NCBI RefSeq assembly: GCF_003334765.1
Contig: NZ_QOWT01000010.1
Source: Escherichia coli
GTDB lineage: Bacteria; Pseudomonadota; Gammaproteobacteria; Enterobacterales; Enterobacteriaceae
Direction: 5' to 3' (one strand)
DNA length: 64,000 nt
Shown piece after piece: positions 51,541 to 63,877 of this stretch (position 1 is its first letter; every line of letters starts with the position of its first letter). The position numbers were made by a program, and so were the translations under genes. The notes under the pieces are model-generated. The model worked only from the letters and a program-made list of their open reading frames with translations, had not been told where the DNA came from and searched no databases.

Positions 51541-52367
51541 CTCTCATCCTCCGGCAGCAGCGCGCGAAAGCGTTCCAGCGCCTGGCGGGCATAGAGTCTG
51601 GGCTCGTTCATATACATCGTCACCAGCTCCACCGTACAGTAACCTTCATAGCCCCGCTCAATAATATCGCGCATCAGTTCCCGCAGCGGCATTTTGCCTT
51701 CTCCAGGAATGTAATGCGTGTCGCTGGCCCCGTCGCTGTCGACAATATGCAGATGACGTAATTTATCGCCCAGTTTGTCGAAATAACTCATCACCGGTTC
51801 CGCCTGGACATACGGCGCGCAAATGTCGACCATGCTGAACAGGCGCGGCGAAGGCACCAGCGCCAGCGCATGAAGCACATCATTAGCATTACACACGACG
51901 TTCGATTCATACGGCGTTAACGGTTCGAGGATTAGATCCATGCCGATGTTTTCCGCGTACTCACACAGTTCGCTTAGGTTCTCTGCCAGCCGTCCCCAGA
52001 TAACATTAGGTGGCGTGAGATAGCCCGCGTGGGCCGCGGAAATCAGCGTATAACCCGCGTTCATCTCTTTTGCCATATCCATCGCCAGCTTGATCATGTC
52101 GAGGCTTTCGCGACGCATATGTTCATCGCCCAGCATCATGTTATACGGATAGCCGTTGGTTTCTGGCGTATAGCCGATAATCGGCATCTGATACGTCTGC
52201 GCCAGCGCCTTGATTTGTTTGATGCCGCCCGCTTTTAAGTCCGGCGCGAACGCGTGCGGGCGACCGCCCCAAATTTCGATGCCGTCGTAACCCAGCTCGC
52301 TTGCATCACGAAATGCGTGTTCAATAGGCAGCCGCTGGTGGCCGCAGGTAAACATACCTGTTTTCAT
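51537..52367 (-). CDS. frlC: Fructoselysine 3-epimerase
   Basis: 276 aa from internal ATG at 52367 ([35 protein letters not shown]); ORF track has a 29-codon extension; 4-nt overlap with frlD. Confidence 0.85.
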
Positions 52368-52416
52368 CGGGTAACTCCTTGCGTAAATCCGGCCCGTTGC
52401 CGGGCCGGGAGAGGGA

Positions 52417-53439
52417 TTAATATTCCACCAGACCACCGTAATAGCGGCGTTCATCCGGGTTGTGATCTTTGTAAATAGACAGGTAGTAGCAGAGCCACTC
52501 CATTGGCACGAACATCAGGAACGGTGCCAGCCACGGGTGCAGCCCTTGCGAAATTTCGGCGTAATCGATGACGATCACGTTGTCAGTACGCTGTTTAACA
52601 AAGTTAATGGCGCGTTCGGTGGTGTGGCGACTTTCATCATTGCCGAGCAGGAACAGGAACGGAACGCCCGGTTCGACAATCTCCAGCGGGCCATGGCGGA
52701 ACTCTCCGCTCTCAATCACGCAGCCGTGCGTCCAGGTAAATTCCATCAGCGTTACAATGCCTTCTTTGTAACCCAGCGGACGCAGCGGACCCGCAGCAAC
52801 GGTATAAATCATCGGCCACTGGCTGGCCAGTTCACCAAGCTGGCGGCCTTTTTCTTCCCAGGTGCGTACCAGATGACCGAGCGCATTCGGCAACTGCTTG
52901 AGATCGTTTTTGATCTTGCCGATTTCCGCGTTCGGCGCGAGGCGGGTGATCATCTCCAGCACCACGCTGTAGCAGAGCAGCAGGTGAATTTCCCAGATAC
53001 AGTCGGCCTGATAATCAATGCTAAATTCCGCCGCCGAGGTAATCGGGCTATCCGCGCGTTTGGTGAACGCCGCAGTGAGTGCGCCGCAGGCCCGGCCCAG
53101 CTCCAGCGCTTTGATTACCTCTTCGGTTTTACCGTAGTCAGAAACGCCAATTACTGCGCAACGATCGTCGAGGCGATACGGGGTGTTATCGCAGAACTCC
53201 CAGCCGGAAATGGCGTAGACCTGAAGATCGGAAAAGCGATCCGCCAGATGTTTCGCCGTTTGCGCCGCGTTGAGTGGCGATCCGCAGGCAACGAAATAAA
53301 TACGATCAATGTCGCGCTTCACCATCTCTTCCACGATGGCGTGCACCAGCGGAACGTCATGGCTGAGAACTTTTTCCACTTCCTGAACCATATTTTCGGT
53401 GACCAGAAAGTCCACGGTGCTTTTATCAATATCCAACAT
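52417..53439 (-). CDS. frlB: Fructoselysine-6-phosphate deglycase (SIS domain)
   Basis: 340 aa from internal ATG at 53439 ([21 protein letters not shown]); ORF track has 7 extra codons. Confidence 0.87.
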
Positions 53440-53459
53440 TTTATTTTCTCCAGATAACA

Positions 53460-54848
<1,389 letters not shown>

Positions 54849-55014
54849 TTAAAAGGTAACATGACAATGCATGATGAATATAACAACATATGATGTTATG
54901 TAATGTGGAGGAAGATCACAAAATTTCGCACAGGATCGCGCTGTGGCTAATGGATGTAGTTATCAAATTGAATTTAAAGTGAAAATATTTTTACGGGCGG
55001 GGGCAAGAAGGACA

Positions 55015-55050
55015 TAGAAACAAATACGCCCTCGGAAAATCCAGAGGGCG
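55015..55050 (-). terminator. Probable rho-independent terminator downstream of yhfL
   Basis: On minus: cgccctc-tggattttcc-gagggcg followed by a T-rich stretch. Confidence 0.5.
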
Positions 55051-55091
55051 TCGGGCAATTAAACCGGTGTTAGCCGATTTCTGTCAGAGAC

Positions 55092-55259
55092 TTACTGTGC
55101 AGTAGGACCGCAACCGCCAATGATTTTAGAAATAGAAATTGCCGGGTGCAGCAGGTAGTCGTAAGAGCAGTTCTTATCACGGTTTTCAATATGACCAGTA
55201 CATGCAGTTAACGTAGCCAGTACTGCACCTACCAGTGCAACTTTAATAAATTTGTTCAT
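55092..55259 (-). CDS. yhfL: YhfL, small lipoprotein (55 aa)
   Basis: Hand translation of the reverse complement gives MNKFIKVALVGAVLATLTACTGHIENRDKNCSYDYLLHPAISISKIIGGCGPTAQ with a lipobox (LTAC). Below the 60-aa cutoff, so absent from the ORF track. Confidence 0.75.
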   Translation of the reverse strand: MNKFIKVALVGAVLATLTACTGHIENRDKNCSYDYLLHPAISISKIIGGCGPTAQ

Positions 55260-55505
55260 TTACATTCCCTATGTATTATATATTAATTAATATTCATTGA
55301 TTATATGAATATAAGCAGACTGCTCGTTAAGAACGATACAGGAATATTTAATTGGCGTCAGTGAGCGAATGACTTAATTTTGTAAGTCGCTGTAACGGTG
55401 AATATAACCCATTAGCAGATAATATTTATTAAGGGGCTATGTTTTATTTGCTGAATATATAAAAAGAGTCATTAAGAAGGCCAGAATTCTCTGGCCCGGG
55501 TTAAA

Positions 55506-56879
55506 TTAATGGTTGGAGAACCAGTTCAGTTTATCGCGCAGGCCAACAACCCGACCAATAATAATTAGCGATGGACTGTTCATTTGCTGCGCCAGTTCTC
55601 CCAGCTGTGTGAGCGTACCGTCAATCACGCGCTGCGTGACTGCCGTACCGTTTTCGACAATTGCCACCGGCATTTCGCCTGGCATTCCGTGTTCAATCAG
55701 CTTTTGCTGAATAGTCGCGGCCTGATTCAACCCCATATAGAACACCAGCGTCTGTTTTTCTGCCGCCAGGTTTTCCCAGTCCAGCTCGCCACCGGTTTTT
55801 AAGTGTCCGGTAATTAAGCGTACGCTCTGGGCATAATCGCGATGCGTGAGTGGAATACCCGAATAGGCAGAGCAACCAGAAGCTGCGGTAATACCCGGAA
55901 CCACCGAGAACGGAATACCCGCGTTGCACAGTGTTTCCAGCTCTTCGCCACCACGGCCAAAAATAAACGGATCGCCACCTTTCAGCCGCACCACGCGTTT
56001 GCCTTTTTGCGCTTCCCGCAGCAGGATCTGGTTAATCTCTTCCTGGGGTACGCAGTGGTATCCCGCGCGTTTGCCGACGAAAACACGGTCCGCATCGCGG
56101 CGTACCAGATTCATAATATCGTCAGAAACCAGACGGTCGTAGACCACCACATCTGCCTGCTGAATTTGTTGCAGTCCTTTCAGTGTCAGCAGCCCGGCAT
56201 CGCCCGGACCTGCACCAACCAGCACCACTTCACCGCGATGGTCGAGCGGTTCGTTGATTAACTGTTCGGTCGTTTCAGTAATGGCTTTCTGATCGTTGTT
56301 TGCCAGCGACTGCGCCAGGCGGTCGTTAACGAACAATTTCTCCCAGAAACGGCGACGCTCACCCATCGTGGCGAACTGTTGTTTCACTCGCCCGCGTAAT
56401 TGCCCGGCGTATTTCGCTACCTGGCCCAGATGTAACGGCAGCAGTGATTCAAGTTTTTCGCGCAACAGGCGTGCCAGAACCGGAGAGGTGCCGCCAGAGG
56501 AGACCGCTACCATGAGCGGTGAGCGGTCAATAATCGACGGCATAATAAAGCTGGCGGCTTTCGGCGCATCGACCACGTTACAGAAGATGCGACGAGCTTC
56601 AGCGGCTTCGCTGACGCGCTGGTTAAGCGCGTCATCATCCGTCGCTGCAATCGCCAGCCAGCAGGTGTCGAGAAGGCTTTCATCAAATGGCCCTTCGACG
56701 AGGGTTAACATGCCTGCATCTGCCCATGCGGTGAACTGTGGAATAAACGCTAATGCATTCACCGTTAAGCGAGCGCCTGCGTCTAACAGCAACCTTGCTT
56801 TGCGTTCCGCGACATCACCACCGCCGACAATCAGACAGTCGCGATCGCGTAATTGGCAAAATATAGGCAAATGATCCAC
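55506..56879 (-). CDS. cysG: Siroheme synthase (multifunctional)
   Basis: 457-aa [45 protein letters not shown]. Confidence 0.96.
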
Positions 56880-56897
56880 GTAAAAACCCCTTAGTAA

Positions 56898-57704
56898 TTA
56901 ACCGGCAGCCGTTTCAGTTTGATTAAATTTGTCCGCAACCGGACGATTCGCTTTCGGCGTAGCATACCAATAACCCAATCCCATGAATACGGCACCTGAT
57001 AAAGTATTACCCAGCGTCACCCACAGCAGGTTATGACCAATACCCGCCAGCGTGTAGGCTTCGCTGTGGTTGCCGAACCAGGAGAGCGCGAACAGCGTCA
57101 TGTTAGCGATAGAGTGCTCGTAGCCGGACGCGATAAATGCCAGCAGACACCACCAGATAGCGATAAATTTCGCCGCCCCTTCAGTGCGCAGCGCCATCCA
57201 GATTGCCAGGCAAACCAGCCAGTTACACAATGCACCTTTGAAGAAGAGTACCATTGCCGGTGCAGTGGTTTTAGCCAGCGCGACGGAGTGAACGATGCTG
57301 GTATCTACCGGCAGCAGGCTACCGCCGCCCCAGCTATAGAGCATGGCAACGAAGACGGAACCGACCAGGTTACCCAGCCAGGTTTGCGGCAGGATTGCCC
57401 ACATTTGCCCGTGGCTGATGCTGCCCGCTTTTACCCCAAAGGTGAGGAACATGGTGTGTCCGGTGAACAGTTCAGAACCGGCGATAATCACCAGCGTTAA
57501 GGCGATACCAAAGGTCGCGCCCATCACCAAAGGGCGTACGGATGGATCGAGCAAATTACCGAGCGTGAAAATCAGGATGATCCCAAGACCCACATACGCG
57601 CCCGCCATGGCGGAGCTGACCCAAAAGCCGAGCGGGTTATTTGCCGACAGGCGTGCAATGCGCGCAGCGTTAGCCGCACACTTATTAATAGTGTCTGTAA
57701 ACAT
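56898..57704 (-). CDS. nirC: Nitrite transporter NirC (FNT family)
   Basis: 268-aa ORF MFTDTINKCAANAARIARLSANNPLGFWVSSAMAGAYVGLG. Confidence 0.95.
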   Translation of the reverse strand: MFTDTINKCAANAARIARLSANNPLGFWVSSAMAGAYVGLGIILIFTLGNLLDPSVRPLVMGATFGIALTLVIIAGSELFTGHTMFLTFGVKAGSISHGQMWAILPQTWLGNLVGSVFVAMLYSWGGGSLLPVDTSIVHSVALAKTTAPAMVLFFKGALCNWLVCLAIWMALRTEGAAKFIAIWWCLLAFIASGYEHSIANMTLFALSWFGNHSEAYTLAGIGHNLLWVTLGNTLSGAVFMGLGYWYATPKANRPVADKFNQTETAAG

Positions 57705-57751
57705 TTGATTATCCTTTAAAAAATAAAAACAAAAAATAAAACAAAAAGTTT

Positions 57752-57820
57752 AAAAAATGTCCTGCAATATACCGAAGATTATTACAGGACCATGCAAAAA
57801 GGGGAGGCATTGCGCCTCCC
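57752..57820 (-). terminator. Two tandem hairpins with T-runs in the nirD-nirC spacer (possible intra-operon attenuator)
   Basis: On minus: GGGAGGC-gcaat-GCCTCCC + CTTTTT (57796-57820), then GTCCTG-20 nt-CAGGAC + ATTTTTT (57752-57790). Confidence 0.45.
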
Positions 57821-57829
57821 GTTAAAACA

Positions 57830-58156
57830 TTAACCGCGCAGCTGCACCACGCCGTCTTTCACTCGCGCTTCGTAATGTTTGACGGAAAACTGTTCGTCTT
57901 CCATGCACAAGCCGTCGCTTAAGCGAAAACGCTGTTTTTTCAGCGGGCTGGCGACCCACAGCTCGCCCTGGTGTTCCGCAATCAGTCCGCGTGACAGCAC
58001 GCTGGACTCGAAGAACGGGTCGATGTTGCTGATCGCAAACACCTGATCGCTGTGATACGGGCGGAAAATCGCGACCTGCTCGTCACCTAACAGCGCGCAG
58101 ACGCCGGTTTCAGGCAGGATGTCATCGATTTTGCAGATGTCTTTCCACTGGCTCAT
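57830..58156 (-). CDS. nirD: Nitrite reductase small subunit
   Basis: 108-aa ORF MSQWKDICKIDDILPETGVCALLGDEQVAIFRPY; 4-nt overlap with nirB. Confidence 0.95.
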   Translation of the reverse strand: MSQWKDICKIDDILPETGVCALLGDEQVAIFRPYHSDQVFAISNIDPFFESSVLSRGLIAEHQGELWVASPLKKQRFRLSDGLCMEDEQFSVKHYEARVKDGVVQLRG

Positions 58157-60696
58157 GCGTTGTCCTCCACCAGAGTTACTGGGATACGTTCATACGGCGT
58201 TGCCGGACGGTGCTGTTCGCGCTCTGGCACCATCTGCACGTTCGGGTCACGCTTGTCGCTGTTGATGAAGTGTTTGAAGCGAGTCTGCGCAGACGGCGTA
58301 TTGACCGTTTCAGTCCACTCACACAGTACCGCTTCACGCAGGCGCGCCATCTCTTCTTCCAGATGTGCGTTCAGCCCCAGTTTGTCGTCAATGATCACTG
58401 CTTTCAGGTAATCGATGCCGCCTTCGAGGTTTTCTAACCACGGTGCGGTACGCGTCAGTTTGTCGGCAGTACGGATGTAGAACATCATGAAGCGGTCGAG
58501 ATATTTGATCAGCGTTTCGCGATCGATATCCGCCGCCAGCAGATCCGCATGACGCGGTTTCATGCCGCCGTTACCGCAAACATACAGGTTCCAGCCTTTT
58601 TCAGTGGCGATAATACCCACGTCTTTACCCTGAGCTTCTGAACATTCACGGGTACAGCCGGAGACACCGAACTTCATTTTGTGCGGCGTACGGATGCCTT
58701 TGTAGCGGTTTTCCAGTTCCACGCCGAGGCCGACGCTGTCGCCAACGCCGTAGCGGCACCAGGTGCTACCCACGCAGGTTTTCGCCATACGCAGTGCTTT
58801 CGCATAGGCATGACCGGTTTCGAAGCCGGCTTCAATCAGCTGACGCCAGATCTCCGGCAGATCGTCTTTCTGTGCGCCAAACATCGCCAGACGCTGGGAG
58901 CCAGTGATCTTGGTGTAGAGATTAAATTCACGCGCGATACGACCTACCGCCATCAGCCCTTCCGGGGTGATTTCACCGCCCGGAGAACGCGGGATCACCG
59001 AGTAGGTGCCGTCTTTCTGGATGTTAGCGAGGAAGTTGTCGTTAGAATCCTGCAGCGGAGTATGTTCCGGCTTCAGAATGTATTCGTTCCAGCAGGAGGC
59101 CAGCAGCGAACCGACGGTTGGTTTACAAACTTCACAACCGTAGCCTTTGCCGTGTTTCGCCAGCAGTTCTTCGAAGGTTTTAATGCCTTCAACGCGGATC
59201 AAATGGAACAGTTCCTGACGCGAATAAGCAAAGTGTTCGCACAGGTTGTTGTTAACTTCGATGCCCTGTTTCGCCAGTTCCGCGTTCAGTACCTGAGTGA
59301 CCAGCGGGATACAGCCACCGCAGCCAGTACCCGCTTTGGTTTCAGCTTTCAGCGCCGCAACTGTGTGGCAGCCTTTGTTGATGGCAGCAATCAGATCACC
59401 TTTGGTGACGTCGAAGCAGGAGCAGATTTGCGCGCTGTCCGGCAGTTTATCAACACCGATAGACGGCTTGCCGCTACCCGAGTGTGCTGGCAGGATCAGG
59501 GAATCCGGGTTTTCCGGCAGTTCGATAGCGTTCAGCACCAGTTGCAGCAGGTTACCGTAGTCGCTGGTATCGCCCACCAGTACCGCACCGAGCAGGGTTT
59601 TGTTGTCTTCGCTGACAATCAGGCGTTTGTAGATCTCTTTACTTTCGTCGAGGTAAACGTAGCTACGTGCGCCAGGCGTGCGACCGTGCGCATCACCAAT
59701 ACCGCCTACGTCTACGCCCAGCAGTTTCAGCTTGGCGCTAAGGTCAGCACCTTCAAAGGCGTTTTCGCTACCGAGAATATGGTCAACGGCGACCTGCGCC
59801 ATTTTGTAGCCAGGTGCTACCAGACCAAATACACGGTTGTTCCAGCTTGCGCATTCACCGATGGCGTAGATATCCGGATCGGAAGTCTGGCAGGAATCAT
59901 TAATGACAATACCCCCACGCGGAGCAACGTCCAGACCACACTGGGTTGCCAGCTTATCGCGCGGACGGATACCGGTAGAGAAGACGATAAAGTCGACTTC
60001 CAGTTCGCTGCCGTCGGCAAAACGCATGGTTTTACGCGCTTCAACACCTTCCTGCACAATCTCAAGGGTGTTTTTGCTGGTGTGAACGCGCACGCCCATA
60101 CTTTCGATTTTGCGACGCAGCTGCTCGCCGCCCATCTGATCAAGCTGTTCTGCCATCAGCATAGGGGCAAATTCGATAACGTGGGTTTCAATACCTAAGT
60201 TTTTCAGCGCGCCTGCGGCTTCCAGACCTAACAGGCCGCCACCAACAACGGCACCGCGTTTGCTGCGACGGGCGCAGGATTCAATGGCGTTGAGGTCTTC
60301 AATAGTGCGATAGACAAAGCAGTCCTGAGTATCAGAACCTTTGATTGGCGGGATCCACGGGTAGGAACCGGTTGCCATGATCAGCTTGTCATAAAAAACG
60401 GTACGTCCGGCGCTGGAGTGAATCACCTTCTCCTGACGGTTGATGGTGATAGCGCGTTCGCCGACCAGAACTTTGATGCCGTGTTTCTCGTAGAAGCCTT
60501 CGCGCACCAGCGACAGCTCTTCGGCGGTGTGGTGAGAGAAGTAAGACGAGAGGTGTACGCGGTCATAAGCGATGCGCGGTTCTTCACAGAAAACGGTAAT
60601 ATCAAAGTTGGCCGCATCAGATTTATCAAGAAGATCTTCGATAAAGCGATGGCCGACCATACCGTTACCGATAATTGCGAGTCTGACTTTGCTCAT
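58153..60696 (-). CDS. nirB: NADH-dependent nitrite reductase large subunit
   Basis: 847-aa ORF MSKVRLAIIGNGMVGHRFIEDLLD (FAD/NAD Rossmann motif GNGMVG). Confidence 0.97.
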   Translation of the reverse strand: MSKVRLAIIGNGMVGHRFIEDLLDKSDAANFDITVFCEEPRIAYDRVHLSSYFSHHTAEELSLVREGFYEKHGIKVLVGERAITINRQEKVIHSSAGRTVFYDKLIMATGSYPWIPPIKGSDTQDCFVYRTIEDLNAIESCARRSKRGAVVGGGLLGLEAAGALKNLGIETHVIEFAPMLMAEQLDQMGGEQLRRKIESMGVRVHTSKNTLEIVQEGVEARKTMRFADGSELEVDFIVFSTGIRPRDKLATQCGLDVAPRGGIVINDSCQTSDPDIYAIGECASWNNRVFGLVAPGYKMAQVAVDHILGSENAFEGADLSAKLKLLGVDVGGIGDAHGRTPGARSYVYLDESKEIYKRLIVSEDNKTLLGAVLVGDTSDYGNLLQLVLNAIELPENPDSLILPAHSGSGKPSIGVDKLPDSAQICSCFDVTKGDLIAAINKGCHTVAALKAETKAGTGCGGCIPLVTQVLNAELAKQGIEVNNNLCEHFAYSRQELFHLIRVEGIKTFEELLAKHGKGYGCEVCKPTVGSLLASCWNEYILKPEHTPLQDSNDNFLANIQKDGTYSVIPRSPGGEITPEGLMAVGRIAREFNLYTKITGSQRLAMFGAQKDDLPEIWRQLIEAGFETGHAYAKALRMAKTCVGSTWCRYGVGDSVGLGVELENRYKGIRTPHKMKFGVSGCTRECSEAQGKDVGIIATEKGWNLYVCGNGGMKPRHADLLAADIDRETLIKYLDRFMMFYIRTADKLTRTAPWLENLEGGIDYLKAVIIDDKLGLNAHLEEEMARLREAVLCEWTETVNTPSAQTRFKHFINSDKRDPNVQMVPEREQHRPATPYERIPVTLVEDNA

Positions 60697-60754
60697 TTTT
60701 GCCTCGATTTCTTTTCTATTACCGCCTACCTTAACGATTCAGCAACCCCGCTTA

Positions 60755-60768
60755 TTGATGTAAATCAA
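60755..60768. promoter_or_regulatory. FNR site of the nirB promoter
   Basis: ttgatgtaaatcaa = TTGAT-N4-ATCAA, perfect half-sites, about 60-70 bp upstream of the nirB ATG; the surrounding sequence matches the nirB promoter as I recall it. Confidence 0.8.
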
Positions 60769-60781
60769 ATTCACCTTTATA

Positions 60782-60797
60782 TACTCCTTAATGGGTA
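60782..60797. promoter_or_regulatory. NarL/NarP 7-2-7 site of the nirB promoter
   Basis: tactccttaatgggta (minus-strand TACCCATTAAGGAGTA), inverted heptamers, about 28 bp upstream of the FNR site. Confidence 0.7.
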
Positions 60798-60915
60798 TAT
60801 TGCTGATTTGTATAAATTTTCTTAAGTCACGGAATTGTCTGATATTTCATGTTTGTGCAAAAAATAGACAAAATGAGCGGGTTTATAGAAATAGATGCAC
60901 GTAGCGGGGGAAGAG

Positions 60916-60949
60916 AGGAAAAGGCCGGACGACGATAGTGCCGTCCGGC
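60916..60949 (-). terminator. Probable terminator downstream of tsgA
   Basis: GCCGGACG-10 nt loop-CGTCCGGC followed on minus by a T/C-rich stretch. Confidence 0.5.
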
Positions 60950-60957
60950 ATGAGCAA

Positions 60958-62139
60958 TTAATGAGAGGTCAGGGTGTTATGCTGACGGTGACGGCTGACG
61001 AAACCTAACAGGAAGCACATCACAAAGACGACAGCGTACAGACCGTTTGCTGTAAGCAGTGCCGCCTGCGGACCGCTATGTTCAACGATCGGGCCGGTAA
61101 CCACAAAGGTCAACATAGTACCGATGGTTCCGCAGGTCAGGACAAAGTTAACCAGTTTTGGCGACGGTACTTTGGTCTGCTGTGAACCCAGGGTGATGAT
61201 GGTGGTATAGATCGCGCTGGAGAAGAAGCCCAGAGCGAGAATTGACCACGCCATATGTGCTGGTGTTCCGGTGTTAAAGACGTACATCAGAATCGCAGCC
61301 AGACCAGCCAGTACGGTCAGAATGCGTTGCAAATCAAAGAAGCGAAGAATAAAGCTGAACGCCCACATGCCGACCATGTATGACATCCAGAAGTTACTCA
61401 CCAGCGTGCCCGCGTCGTTCAGGCTCATGCCCAGGCCTTTGGCATACTCAGGCACCCAGGAGATAAAACCTAACTGACCGAGGATGTAGCACAACGCCGC
61501 AACAGAGAGAAACAGTACGCCGATCCCCCACTTTTCTTTCTCTACCGGAGCATCCGTTTTTGGCGCATGTTTGCCCAGCGCCGGGAACTCACAGCCGAAG
61601 GTCAGAATAAAAATAGCGACATACACCAGCCCGATGCAGGCATAAACCCAGTACCACTCAATGCTGCGCGCCAGTAGAAACGCGGCGATCATTGGGAAAA
61701 TCATCCCAGCCATACTGAAGAAGGAGTCGGTAAATAACAGGCGGGAACCGCGCTGACGCCCTTCATACATTTGTGTTACCAGGAATGTACCAATCGACAT
61801 GGTGATGCCGCTGACCACCCCGAGAATGAACATCGCCGCCGAGAACAGCGCCAGGCTGTGGCTGAACATCAAACCGGCAACCGCCAGCACCATCAGGAGA
61901 AAGCCAAAACGTAACTGCGTTTTCAACGGGACGATTTCCATCAGCCAGGCGTTGAGGAAGATAGAGATTAAAATGCCGGCGTTGAGGAAGGTGAAGGTAT
62001 TACTCATACTGGAAACAGGCAGATTGAAATAATCGGCGATATTTCCCATCACCATCCCGGTGACAATAACCAACGCACCAGTCAGTGCGTAGGAGAGAAA
62101 GCTAATCCATGTGAGCTTGATGCGATTGCTGTTAGTCAT
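60958..62139 (-). CDS. tsgA: TsgA, MFS-family transporter
   Basis: 393-aa [41 protein letters not shown]. Confidence 0.9.
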
Positions 62140-62262
62140 GATTGGCCTGCGTTCAAAAATAAAATGGCATAGCGGGATATGCCGCGAGCGGGCGATTTTA
62201 GGTGATTTTGTGATCTGTTTAAATGTTTTATTGCAATCGGTTGCTAAATTGCATTTTAAGAG

Positions 62263-62276
62263 GTGATTTTGATCAC
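62263..62276. promoter_or_regulatory. Candidate CRP site in the tsgA-ppiA divergent region
   Basis: GTGAttttgaTCAC (GTGA-N6-TCAC) about 135 bp upstream of ppiA; a second weaker gtgattttgtgatc at ~62202-62215. Confidence 0.5.
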
Positions 62277-62400
62277 GGAATAAAAAGTGATCGTCAGGTT
62301 ACATATATTTCAGATACGTAAAATTAGGTAAAGGGATGGCCTTGTTCTTGAAGGCTATTTAGAATCTCTTCACTTGCTTTTTTTCTGCTCTGTTTGTTAA

Positions 62401-62982
<582 letters not shown>

Positions 62983-62991
62983 TGATTTCTC

Positions 62992-63020
62992 GCGCGGGCA
63001 ATCTTGCCCGCGCTTCTGCT
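62992..63020 (+). terminator. Terminator hairpin downstream of ppiA
   Basis: gcgcgggca-atct-tgcccgcgc (9-bp GC stem) followed by ttctgct. Confidence 0.6.
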
Positions 63021-63086
63021 CTCCCGGCGTAACCCGGATTTGCCGCTTATACTTGTGGCAAATGGACACGTTCAGGGAGGCATCAA

Positions 63087-63254
63087 GTGAAGAAACTCAC
63101 CGATAAGCAAAAGTCCCGTCTCTGGGAGCTTCAGCGTAATCGTAATTTTCAGGCCAGTCGCCGTCTTGAAGGCGTCGAGATGCCTTTAGTCACTCTTACT
63201 GCCGCAGAGGCTTTAGCGCGCCTTGAAGAGCTGAGGAGTCACTATGAGCGATAA
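63087..63254 (+). CDS. yhfG: YhfG / FicA-type antitoxin-like small protein (55 aa)
   Basis: Hand translation from GTG at 63087 (gggagg SD 8 nt upstream): [55 protein letters not shown]; contains SxxxEG (S24...E28-G29); overlaps the fic start by 11 nt. Below the ORF-track size cutoff. Confidence 0.72.
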
Positions 63255-63846
63255 ATTCGGCGAAGGGCGCGATCCGTATCTTTATCCAGGCCTTGATATC
63301 ATGCGTAACCGGCTGAACATCCGCCAGCAGCAGCGGCTGGAACAGGCCGCTTACGAAATGACGGCGCTGCGTGCTGCGACCATTGAGCTTGGTCCGCTGG
63401 TGCGCGGTTTACCGCATTTGCGAACTATCCATCGCCAGCTGTATCAGGATATTTTCGACTGGGCAGGGCAACTGCGTGAAGTTGATATTTATCAGGGTGA
63501 TACGCCGTTCTGCCACTTTGCTTATATCGAAAAAGAGGGCAATGCCCTGATGCAGGATCTGGAGGAAGAAGGTTATCTGGTTGGCCTGGAGAAAGCGAAG
63601 TTCGTCGAGCGGCTGGCGCATTACTATTGTGAAATCAACGTGCTGCATCCCTTCCGGGTGGGAAGTGGTCTGGCACAGCGGATCTTCTTCGAGCAACTGG
63701 CGATTCATGCCGGATATCAACTGAGCTGGCAGGGTATCGAAAAAGAGGCCTGGAATCAGGCAAATCAGAGTGGGGCAATGGGGGATCTCACCGCACTGCA
63801 GATGATATTTAGCAAAGTGGTAAGCGAAGCCGGGGAATCTGAGTAA
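63244..63846 (+). CDS. fic: Fic (FIC-domain protein, class I FicT-like)
   Basis: 200-aa [28 protein letters not shown]; FIC-motif position reads [12 protein letters not shown]. Confidence 0.92.
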
Positions 63847-63877
63847 AATAGCGCGGTTCTTTTGTACCGGAGCCGCC

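Noticed and set aside
55460-55496. Hairpin ggccaga-attc-tctggcc just downstream of cysG as its terminator
   Set aside because: The following T-run on the minus strand is short and interrupted; plausible but too weak to list as a feature.
63244-63846. fic as a pseudogene or deliberately inactivated allele because of the degenerate FIC motif
   Set aside because: The reading frame is intact at full length, it is translationally coupled to an upstream antitoxin-like ORF that keeps its inhibitory motif, and a non-canonical active site is what I recall for the founding E. coli Fic. Kept as a finding about unknown activity rather than called a pseudogene.
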